The position numbers and the translations under genes are program-made. The notes beneath the pieces are model-generated. The model did no database searches, was not told the DNA's origin, and was given only the letters and a program-made list of their open reading frames with translations. A stretch of 64,000 nt of DNA, from contig NW_019091360.1 in assembly GCF_001949145.1 (NCBI RefSeq), positions 2,229,599 through 2,293,598 of the forward strand. Reading direction: 5' to 3'. The DNA comes from Acanthaster planci. Taxonomy: Eukaryota. The first letter of the stretch is position 1. Every line of letters starts with the position of its first letter. Positions 12,239 to 24,400 of this stretch are shown one piece after another.

Positions 12239-15200
12239 TCATACAACTGAAGTCGTACTCCGTGAGGCATAATCGAAGGTAACGGACATGTTCAGCTTGT
12301 CCCTCAATATTAAGAGCAAACCTCGTCTTTTCGGTAGGCAAGACCCTGCAAGAATGTGCATCGGTCCTCTTTCAAACAGTATGGAAAGTGGGGAGCACTG
12401 CAATGCAATGTGACTTTTTCCGATTTGAGCTGTACTGGGGAAGACACATGGGGGGTGGTCCAAGTGTTGGAGCAAGATGAAGTCAGGTGGAAAGCGAATA
12501 TGACTGACGGATGCCGTGATACCAGGTACATGTCATCAGTCACACCAATCAAAATCGTTCAATGAGCACAAAATTACTGACACCCTGTCAAACTTCAGGA
12601 TGGCCACGGCATTATTTTTTACACCCACAGTGATGAACTCCATCCAACGCGACGCCCTTTTGACACTATTGCCTTGCCTGCCCGTGTTAAAATCAACACT
12701 AGTCTGCTGGAAGCGGGCGCCTATCAGATCAATAACACGGCGCGGCACATCATTCAAGCCGGTGCCGGTGAGTACGCAGGCCGCGCCACCAGGTGTTCTC
12801 GATTTTGCCCCCGCGCGGACAGAGCTTCTCGACCCGGATCTCGACCAGGGTCGACTTTTATCAGTGCTCCAAGAGTTGTCAACATTTCGAGGGTTAGACC
12901 CGATTTAAGGATCAACACAGGTGTTTGAAAAGTTTGACAAGGCCTTCTGTTTGCTTATTAGGATGAGCTTAGTTTAAGGCAAAATGCCCATCCTAACCTG
13001 GTGCTAGGAAATGCACATACGTGCAGTCCAAGGATGAAAAATGCCGATTGCGCCGCGCCTCGTAACCAACGGAAAACATCCTGGTCAAGGACTCTGGAAA
13101 TCTGCTATCCAGCCACTTTAAATATGTCAAACTGTCAGCGAGGCCAAATTCAAGAACACACCACTGATTTCAAACGAGCAAGGGCAGAAGGATTATCATT
13201 TGAACACAGTTATTCTTCTGCCTCGTCTATACTTTCAATGGAAAAATGGAGGATTTATTTGACGTGCATTTTGACAGTAACATTTCGGTTTATCTGAAAT
13301 CAATTAATTTCCACAGACTGACCTACAACCGTCACTGTAGATCTATACGACTTTCTAAAGCGTGCACTCGCGAAACGACTAGCAACCTTATCCCATTTCA
13401 AATCGTTCACCGCATGCTGATTTCAACTGAAGAACAGAAACGACTGGACGTGCATCTAAGCATTCCCTGTGCAGCTTGGCAAGCTACAAAAAGTAATTTG
13501 GAAAATACGGCAAATATTTCAGACGCTTACCGATATTGTGCATTTTTCCCTTTATGCCTTAGCCTTTCTCTGGCTTTTCGTAACTTAAATTATTGTTGTG
13601 CGTATTTATCAGGAAGTTTCACTGTTTCCTTTGATTTAAATAAATAGATGGCACGGATGGCTCAACATTTCCCGTGTCAAATCGTATTGCCCGGCAGAGA
13701 AGCAAAATATTGCGTGGAGAGTTTTATGGAGAGCAAAAACCAAACAAATCACACACAAACACAAAATAAAAAAAAAATCAACCGATCCGACTTAATTCCC
13801 ACCGCTGGTTATAAACGAGGCTTTTAATGTGTCACAATGATATTAGGAACCCGGAAGTAAAATATTGTAGTTTATGTGATATGGATGCCAGACTAATTTT
13901 AAGCAAGGCTCTAATCGAAAACGTGTTCACAATGAGCGTTTTTCCTTGAATAGAACAAACTGTTAGGATATAAATTTAAGCAGTAAATGATGCTACCTCT
14001 CAAAAGTTATCGTCTCAACGGGAAACAACCTGCTAACAAACCTCAAAACGGAGGATCTGAACCACGGACACCCACAATACAAATCCTTTTCCTTACCCAT
14101 TACACTATAATCCTCCTCGACGAACTCACTTTTTTGGGGGGGGGTACGACCCCGCATAATATGATGCTGCAGTTGTAAAGTACGGTAATGCAGAGGCTTA
14201 GTATAATATATTATCGACACGCTTCGAAGCGTGAAATTTTTGCTTAGGTATTTGGATCGAGCAGAAAAAAAACAGGCTGCAGCCTCCATAATCACGTGTA
14301 GTTTCCGATGGTAGTCTACGTGCCCATAAACCAATTCATGTTTCTTCTTGGTATGCTGCTTTCTGCTTCAGATGTAGCAGGGAAGCGTACAGTTTCGATT
14401 ATTTGGTTACATACGCTTCTTCTCTTCAAACAAGCTGGCTCAGAAAAATTCCAGTTCGTACAAAATGATGGGCGACATGTCGACGCGTTGGTACTTGTGC
14501 TCGCAGTTAAATATGAGTTCAGAGGCAATTTGAAACGTTCGTAAATGGACGTTTCTGCAGAAAAGACGACACAAAGAAACCATACACTTCCTGCATGATT
14601 TGTAGGGACATCAACTTACGGATAACAATCAATTGCAAATAAAAATAAAGTGGGTCGTTTGACATTAAAAAACTGACTACGTGCAAAAAAATCAAAGCCG
14701 TTAAATTCAAGATTGAATGTATCAAATGAACTAGCAATATTCTTTGTACGTGATTCACCCGTAAAATTCAATCATGTGCAAGAGTATAGCTCTAAGTTTA
14801 ATGGCCCACAGGGTTATACGGCTTGCAATGTGTTGTATATTTCAGAAAGCGTTTTCTTCACTCGGGCCTTCTCGCACCTGTAAAGTCTAAACTAGACACC
14901 CGCTGAACCATTATTCATTCTTTTACCCTGTAAACAATGCCAAACTTGAACCAGAAGAAGACTCATGTTAGGCACTGCTACTCCATCCACTGGGGATCTT
15001 CGAGGAACCCTTGCCGGAACAAGGCAATGTGCACATTGTTCAGCCCGTATGAGTAGAAAAGGTATGGACAACTATGTTTGCCACGCAACTGCAATAATAC
15101 ACCTTTACTCTTAAGTGCCAATCTACAATGCATTGCGTTTTATAGTGAGCAGTACAAGTAGGCTTACATTAGGCCTACATAATTATGGATTCTGTATCAC

Positions 15201-16548
15201 ACACAGCATTTTGCATTTGAAAGAAATAAATGTGGAACTGAATGTTTCTTGCACCGTGTACTGTATATGTACATACGTACTTTTTAAATATTGCATGCAT
15301 TTTTCTGAATATAACGTACGTATAGTTATAACGTGTATTAACATATTTACAAAGCAATGATTGGCAGATGTGAGTGGATTAAAACCATAAAACTTCAGGG
15401 TTGTTGCAATGTAGGTTAAGTCTCACGTGACATAATCATTTCAATGGCCGTAGTTGGCCCAGTTTTCAAGTACACTTGACTGTAAGAGCTGAGTGTAGTC
15501 TGGTTCTTCTGTTATCTAGTGAACTAATCAATGGAAGTTTTTAGCATGTCCTTCAGGGAATCACACCAAGATGGCTGCTATTATAGGCATATACACAAAC
15601 TAGGGTGCATGAGAAGTGAACCATATCACCAACACAGTAAGCTACGTTACGTTTCAATGAACCACCAATGCATTGATACAAATCACACATACAAAATATA
15701 TGTAACATCAATACTATCTTATTTCGAGATTTTTTTGCATTTGTTATAAAATTACTCTCAAACCTCAATTTCATAATGTGTTTTTTTTCCAAACATGTAC
15801 ATGCTTAGGTATCTCAAGCCTAAGATCAACCTCTTCTGAAGGACCTTAATTAATTGTTATGTCCATCACGCAAGGTTGCTTGATTCTTTTTTAAACTAAT
15901 TGGGTACAGTGACTGACAAGAGGGCTGACACATGCTAAAAAAAACAATGCCAGGAAGGAATTGATTGTTGTTTTCCTCCGCAGGAACTAGAAATAATTAC
16001 TGTCCTGCCCAACAGCAATCTGCTGAGTCTGCTGCACGCTGTACCCACTCCCTGAATGATACCAATTCCACAAAGCACAATGGAAGAAAAACCTTTTTTT
16101 GCCTGACAATGAGGAGAAACTCTGCAGGAACTCCCCCCCCCCAAACTAATATTATTGACACGAGCAGGCGTGGGAGAAGGGAGGTTTGAGGAAACCACAG
16201 GAGTTGGCTTTGTTTCTGTGGTGCAGTCAAGACAGCTTCCAATGGTTGTGACTGTATCTTTGCTTGGGTGGGGAAGCTGTGTAACACAGAGCAGTACTTG
16301 AGAGTGAGTGTACCACCTCCGAAGCTCAGGCAGATTCCTTAAGATCAAGTTGAGCATGAGATCAAGAGACCCTCTAAAGACCCCGGTCACAGCAGAACAA
16401 CTTGAACGGCCATGTACAGCAGTTTTAGTGCAATGTTTCTGCCAATCTTGTTCAGAATGATCGACAGGTGTTTCCAGCACCGTGACCGGGAATGAATAAT
16501 GACAAATACCATGTATTCTTTAATTGATTATAATAACTACGTACACTG

Positions 16549-18416
16549 TTATATAAACATTTGCCACACCTGGTCGTCCTCTTCCTCGTTGGGGTTCACA
16601 TTCCTACCATTGCCACGCTCCCACACAGGACTGATTTTAGCTGGTTTGGGCCGTCTGCTAGATGATGAAGCACATGTTGCATCACCACTGCTGCTGACGG
16701 ATGTAGGAACTTCAGCCAGAAAGCCAGGATTGGATTTTGCTGAGCACTCTGTCATCTCCTTCGGTTTCCAAACAGATTTGTCAAGGGTGGCTCGCACGCT
16801 CAGTTTATCTACAGAGGTTTGCCTGTCAACAGCACTTGCAGCATCACCTCCAGTTTCTATAAGGCTTCCTGTTAAACCAGTCTTGGTAGTTGAGGTTGTA
16901 ACATCTTGGCATACCTCCAAGGGTGGCTCTATAGCTGTCTGTTTCACATCTTCCTGCCTCAGGGACAAGATACCCTTCAGTGCCTCTGGCTGAAAGCTCC
17001 TGTCCTCTCCACTATCAATAGGAAACTCTATGCTTGAATCCACATTAACTGGCCTTCCAGAGGTATCTTGGAGTTCAGAAGCAGCCCCAGAGTAGTCTGG
17101 AGCTGCTGATACACTCTCTTGCAAAGAGGTGCCCTCATCTTTGACTTCTTGGACAGATATGTCATTTGCTGATGAGGGTTCTGTTACTTTAAACACTGAT
17201 GATGTTGCAGGATCAAATTGGAGAACACCTTCTTCAGTTTGCAATGTACGACATTCAGTAGCTGAGGCACCTTTAGGATTCAGAGTACCCACAGTAGATG
17301 AGACATGAGGTTCGGACTTATTTAGACAAGATGATACACTCTCCTGGACAGTCTGTACTGCAGACCCTAAGTCAGATTTTAAAAATATCGACATCTTTCC
17401 GGCCCTTTCTTGTCTTAGCTCTTTCTCCTCTGGTGTCGCCTTCCTGGACAGATACAATTCTATATTCAGGCTGGATGGCTTGCTGGCACCTGTGCCAGCT
17501 TGTTTTGGAAGGGCACTTTTATTAGAAGGATCTACAGATCTTTCAGGGGACTTTCTAGGCTTGGATTTAGCAAGAAGGGGTCCTTCCAGCCAAACAGGTT
17601 TGGCGGTGCTGGATGTCGACTTGTAGGAAGTGGCAGAACTTCCCACAAGCCTGCTTGGGTCTGCTGTCTGAGTTGGTGTTGCAGAGACCAGTGCCTTCTG
17701 GGAGGGTCCAGCTTCTGGTAACTGGGACCTGTCTTTGCTGACGTGTTCTGCTGACAAGGCCCTCTGGGACTCCAAGTGGGTAAGGAGACTCTTGATGGCA
17801 GGAGTGTATGGGTCACTGGAAGCCCGGACTGCCCTGACGGCATCCGCACTCTGCTCAGAAACTTCACTTCCCAGACTGTTCTTGGAGGCACTCTTCGGCT
17901 TGCCTGGAATCCTTCCAGAATCAGCAGAGAGAAGAGTGCTTGTGCTCAGTGGAGAGCCACGGCTGTTCGTCGTATCTGACACTGGAGCTCTGTAAGGGTA
18001 CTGTACATGCATCTTCGGGATAGTTTTCTTCTTGTTTTGAGATTTCCTTTCCCAAGGCGACTTGAGGACCTCTTTCTCTTCCCCATGGAGATCCTCATCT
18101 GGTGACAGCGTCTTGCGCTTGATCCTCTCAAACTCTGACTCAAGTTCCTTGGACAAATCCAGAAGCCCTCCTTCGGGAAGCTCCCCTCTGAGCGTGGGGG
18201 CCGTCCTGGGTGAAGAGCCGGCCTGGCCGCTATGGCAGGAGTACTCCTTGCCAGACTTGTGCTCCTTGGTGGAGAGCTTCTTCCGGCGAGACTTGCCCGA
18301 GGCAGTGGTGCCACTGCTGGTCCGGGAGCTGGTGTGGGAGTCTGTCTTAGCTCGGTAGTCCGAGTCCCGCAGTTGCTTCAGGCTGGACTGGGCATCGCTT
18401 GGATTGGCATCAGTAT
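16549..18416 (-). CDS. ANKIB1: ANKIB1 terminal coding exon 20 (long Ser/Thr/Lys/Pro-rich tail)
   Basis: Acceptor ttttatgtctggctctag|AT (phase 1 fits exon 19); 1868 nt open to TAA; ends DDQVWQMFI*. Confidence 0.82.
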
Positions 18417-21400
18417 CTAGAGCCAGACATAAAATATGCAAGAGTCTTGAAAATATCTCCAACCAATGGAACTGTTGCTACAAACAAAGTACACCATGCT
18501 TCTTTAAACAATAATAACAAATGTGGTACAAGTACATATTATGTCAGCCCCAATGGATTCTTTCTCAGTGATTAACCCACCTCAATGGAGGATTATGAAG
18601 GATTCAGGATTATTTTTATGTGAACATTGGACGAGTTTGGAGGATTGAGGGTGAATGGTGAATGAAGTACTAAAAATCAGTCACATAGTGGTGCACATAG
18701 TCACACATTATACTGTTTGCAAAATACATGTACCCAAGGACAGTGTGTTCCATTGTTCACTGCTGCTGGTCATAAATTACACAATCCTCAACTGCAGTGA
18801 GTTAAAACAAAGGCACAAGCCTGCTTTGTTTATTTCAAAAGTAAAGCCGTTAGCCAACTCTGCAAAAAAAAAAAACAGCTTCAGCCCAGCAACCAACGTG
18901 CTGTGCCCAACCCTCCCCCCAAACAAACCAAACCCCCAAAAAGCCAAAGTAGGGACATGGAGGATTTTGGAGGATTGAGGATGTGCCCTAGTGGGTTAAG
19001 GTTAAGGACAAATAAGTCTTACTTTGACCTTGAGCCCCAAAATTTGGTGTAAATCAAACCGAATATTGTTGGATTTAGCATGGTTAGGGTTGATAACAGA
19101 AATATGATTCAAATAATCCACAGTAATTTATAATATTTCACATAAACATACACTATAATTAGACCTTCTAGATCAATACCAGATTTCTTGAAAAAACAAT
19201 TCCCCTGGAGGTACAATGGATTCCACAAGAATACAACTTTTGTTAACTTTGTTTGATGAAGGGGTCACAAACATGATCTTTACTGTAGACTGCAGCCCCC
19301 TTGGTCAGGCTTATTATATACAGCCTGTCATAATGTCAATTTACACCTTGTATGTGGCTATAATGCCAAATGGAATCCAAATATTTTTGGGGGGGTGCAA
19401 CTTTTTCTGACTCAACATCAGGTCTTTGGAGCAAAACGAATGCTCTTTGAAATATTTTCTACCTGTAACTGAACAACAGGAAAGTTTTGTGCACACTATA
19501 CTTTTTCCCCTTACTTTCTCTGATTACTCGGGATTTTAAGAAGAGCAACAACCTTTACCCTTGATGCTGTTTGTATTTAATTGTCAAAGACCTTTACTTG
19601 AGCTCTGAAATTCGCATTTTATAATTTCCCACTAGCTCATGGGTCCAGGAGGAAGTAGTTCAGAAAGCAAATGTAATCCACATTTCAGAATCAAAGCTCA
19701 GCAAGTCCACAAGTTTGCTTTAGCTGGCTAAAAGGTTTTCTAAATCCATACATTTCAGGATAATCTCTCATTTCTGTGGAAATGACTGCCATCAACAAAA
19801 ATTGATATGTGACCTAGACTTAACAAAATGAATCAGAAGTAGCTGGAGCCACTTTTGAGTTTGGCCTTGAAAAAAATTATCGTGCCCATAGGAGATCATC
19901 TGGACCCTGAACAATTTTCACCAACATAATGTCCATTTTCATCAAAATGCTAGATGGAGTGATAAATCAAATGAAGAGCTTAGTTTGCTCTTCCTGATCC
20001 TTACCAGAATAAAAGTGCAAAATGGCTTTAAGACTCATATTGTAGGATCCAATCATATATTGCCTACAAAATGGAAGACCTTTTCTCACAGTGGCAAGCT
20101 CTGCTTGACTTAGGGACACATCATCGTTTTGCCCTAATTCTACAAAGGAAAAAAGGAGGTACTTTTGTACTGGCATACAAATTATTCTACTGAATAATTT
20201 CAGAGAGTGTGCGATATGACTTTTACTGGGAACCATATTTTGTGCAAATTTGTTCTCTCATAACATGCTATCTGATGCCCCTTTTGGTTCATCTTATTAA
20301 GAGTGCCCTTTTGAAACACTGAAAATGTTTTACTGCTTTTCCTGACAAACAAGGGAGCACTTCCTGTCGATCACTAATTGCAACTGAAAGGAAATATCAA
20401 TTTTGAAAGCTCCAGATACATGACAAAAATAGGACGTGAAATTGGATAAAACTTACATTAATGCAAAGACATTTTATACTCTATTCTACGGGCATCTTTC
20501 CCCCCTTTCAAATATGCTGGTGTCTGTAGTTAATTTTATGGTTCTCCTTTGTTATTTTACTTTGATGGAGGGTCATTCGGTTGGGGAAAAGGGGTAAAAC
20601 TGAAATTTACCGCTTCTTCCCTGGATAATCTAAAGATCCTTTTTTTTTTCTTGGTATCAAATTCCAGATAGAGTCAGTGGCATAGAAGGGTTTCCTCTCA
20701 GTCAGAGCCAAAAATAATGGTTGGTTGATAATGAAGACCAGAAAAATTCCTAGTATGGATGCCCTAACCAGTGAGAAAGTATAGCAGTGTTGTGCACTTT
20801 GGTGTGTTCTCTTTTGACTTCAAACCTACATGTATGTTACATAGGCCCTATTGCTATTTTAACCCATCTGAGTGAGTGATTCAAGATGAAAACAGGTAAT
20901 TGGGCAGCCCTCCTCGAAGGCTGAAGCAAAGGAGAACAGGTAAGCCAACTGTAGAAATTGTACATGTCAGGGGGCTTACAGAGAAACACAAACCAAAAAA
21001 ACAAAGAACAAATAAAGCACATTGTAAGTACCACAATCCAGAGCAACATATTATGCTATGTATTATGCACACTTCCAATGTTGTGTTCTAATTTTTTTCC
21101 CCTCTTTGCTGGGGTCAGGCCAAAATTTGGAATTCGGATTAAAAGGACATGATTTCCAGAGCCAGCTGACATAACTTTTCTACAGAACAAAAAAATTTGC
21201 ATCTGTACGGCAACATGCCAATCCGAACTTGGCACCCAATCAAATGCATTCAACCTGTGAAACATTGACGCACCAAACACTTGGCCATACACTTGTAGCG
21301 ATACAGCTCATGCATGGGCTCCAAGAACTTTAAATGCATCTTCTACTAAGAATTTGTTCACCATGCACCTAACTGCAAGGCTTCTGAAATTAATGGAGAG

Positions 21401-24400
21401 CCTGAAGTTGTGTTTTCTACACTAGAAAACTAGTCTGCAACCCCCCATTTGTCTATAAACTGGTCTTTTTACTTCTGTAAACAAATGAGTGAGGTACACA
21501 AAAACAATGATTGTTACACGCTTTGCCTTGACTGTTCATGACCCTTTTCTGTGGAACAGACTTGAGAAATATTGACAACTCAGGGACTTTTAAGTCCCAG
21601 CTAAAAATGTTTCTTTTCAGAAGATGTTGATTTTAAGTATTTAAATTCAAAACATCTTGATTTATCTTTTGGTGTACTTCTAATGGAGTTTTGTGAAGCA
21701 TTTTGAGATTTTTATGTAAAACGCTCTTTTCAGACAAAATTATATTTAATGGAAAAATATCCCCCAATAAAGAATAATATTTAAAGTATTCAAAAGGCCA
21801 CTGTTACAATGGATCCATTAGCAAAAACTTGTGCATATTTGTAAATTTTACAAATATTCCTGCATAAAACTTAATGTTCTGCACAGAGTTCACTCAGAGG
21901 AAGTCAGGTTTGCATAGGGATTCTTTCTTCGCCTTCCACCTCTGCGACTCAGGTTCATATTCTTCCCTGGCTGGCTTGTGGATGGCGATTTTCAGTCTTC
22001 ATCTGAGTCTAAGAATGTTACCCAGAACATTCGGGGGGGGGGTTCCTCCCACCTCTGATACTGTATTGTCTTTTCAATGCCTCCTCTCTGCAGGTCTCTT
22101 TAGGTTTGGAAGCTACAGTTTTACACAATTTTGACGAGTCCTTTGTTTCACTAACTGCCAAAAAACGGTTAAAGAGAAAACAGAATTAAAAAGGGTAAGA
22201 AAAATTTTTGGAGAGAAATCTGTTTTTTCTTGCTGCTTAAAGGCCAGTTCATACTTCGCACGAAAGCGAACGCAAATTTGTGACGTCAGATCAAATATTT
22301 GCATTGTGAATTCGTAAAAATTTAACACGTATCAACACAAGCAAAACTTTTAATTTGCTTCGCTTTCCCATTCACCAGAAGTATGACCCGGCCTTTAGTA
22401 GCAGTGACCGTTGATGAATGGCAGGGACCACGTATACACATTCACACGCGTGCCGCCCTCCCCTAATGCTAACCCACTCTTGTTTTCCTTCCACCTGCCC
22501 TTGATCCAAGACCTCTTGCTTGACTGGCTTCTTTGATGCAGTTTAGAGCCAATCAATATCTGGCACAGTGTCAATACCATCAGTTTGGAAAGTGTCCAAA
22601 AAAATGAGTGCTATTGATGTCCAAATATCACAATGGGTGCACCTGCTCGTTGTTGAAAGCACACACACACAAATCAAACACTAAACTCAGCTGATATAAA
22701 AAATAGAATCGTTACACACTGCACTCTTGATGCAGTATGTCAAATTGGATGTCCAGAGAGGAAAGGAGCCAAACAAGCAGCTGAAATGTTGGAAATGTCC
22801 CCCCCCCAAAAAAAGATAAAAGTACAATCTGTACAAGAGCTTGAGGAATGTATACAGTCAAAAAAAGAATGTTGTGAGGGGCAAGGGAGGTTCCTCCCCC
22901 AAGAAAAAATCACCCATCTCCCCAAAACTACACCAGAATGGACCCTCTTCTACCATTTAAGGTTCATTAGTTTGCTGCTGATAAGTGCTTCCCCCTCCCC
23001 CCCTCCAAAAAATTCCACCCCTTGGAAAATATCCTGGTGAGGCTCATGAGAACAAAAAATAATGAACTCATCCTCTCTGACGATTCAGGCCATACAACTG
23101 CCGGTCTGTTGAATCGAATTTTCTCCCTGTTCAAGATGAATTTCAAACAACTGGCACGGAAAGAAGTACATTTACATGAACATGCATGCAGACAGGGCAA
23201 ACATAAGAAGTCTTTGAATTTTTAAGAAGCAGAGTTGCCATATAGATCAATATCCGTCTCAGTGCCCAGAACTGAATGTTCTGGCTCCCCAACGAGACTG
23301 TGTAGAGTTTCTTGTTTTGCCATCCTAAAATAGACACGTGGCGCTGTGACACTTCCGATGCACGGAAATTGTTTGCTTTAATGTCTTTCACAGCTGCGGC
23401 AGGTGGGGCTGAGGAAAAAGAAAAAGAAAGAAGAGGAAAAACTGCCGTGGAGCTGGCAGGCCACAGCTTTAACAGCCAAGCCCTCTGTTTGCCAGGAAAG
23501 GCGGAAAAACAGCCAGGCGCTTCGGAGAAGAAGCAACGGCAAGGCCAGAGAGGCTTGGATCCCTCTAGGCTCTAATGAGCGACATAGCAAGATACAAAAG
23601 ATTGACATGAGAAGTTTCAAGATTTCTCTTTGATTTCTGAAGCTAGTCACGTGGATATGTGCCTCAAGCTACACAGAATCATCGCACATTAATTAGTATC
23701 CACCAGCCCTGGAGTAATTTCCATCTGTTTGACTTTTGTTTGGGTTTTCTGCATCAATATCCCAGGCAAATGACAGCCTTCTTCAGGACAAAGGGGGCTC
23801 ATTATCGCTCCTAAGTCTTCATCCCTACGTGCACACTCTAACTGTACAATCCACACTAACAAGTACATGTGAAATTCCTGCTCTTGGGTCACATCCCTGC
23901 TGAGAACATTCTGTGAGTTGGCATACACAAAACACTAATGAGTTGCATAATGAGTTGCAGAGGTTGCATAAACCTATGTGGAATTTGTGTGAGAGTACAC
24001 AGAGGACTTCTGAACGTGCTACACTAAGCAATGTTTATACTGATACCTGTGCTTCAGTGATTACCTTTGGTCTTGTACAAACAGAGGTTCAGCTTGTACA
24101 AGTCCATGGAGGTACATGTACATATACACGTACATGCAGTGAAAGTGTGGGGCCTTCCAGCTTCTGTATACCACACCAGGGTGTCGCAGCAAATTTCTCG
24201 GGGACTTTTGTCTCGAAGTTTTTTTTAAAGAACACATTTTTGCAGTCAAAAATGTTGCATCGTGTGGTATCTTTCAATCTCCAAAAGTCAGAAAGTTGAG
24301 CCAAAAATTGTCTCGCATCTGGGAGAAAGTTTTGCCAGGGGAAAATACCGGCATCAACTGGCTGACATACATGTACCTGGTATTACCTAAAACAATCCCT

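Noticed and set aside
15935..16480. 181-aa minus-strand ORF as stop read-through or a second gene
   Set aside because: Non-ATG start, out of frame with ANKIB1, in-frame TAG four codons after the stop, no recognisable protein features; likely 3' UTR.
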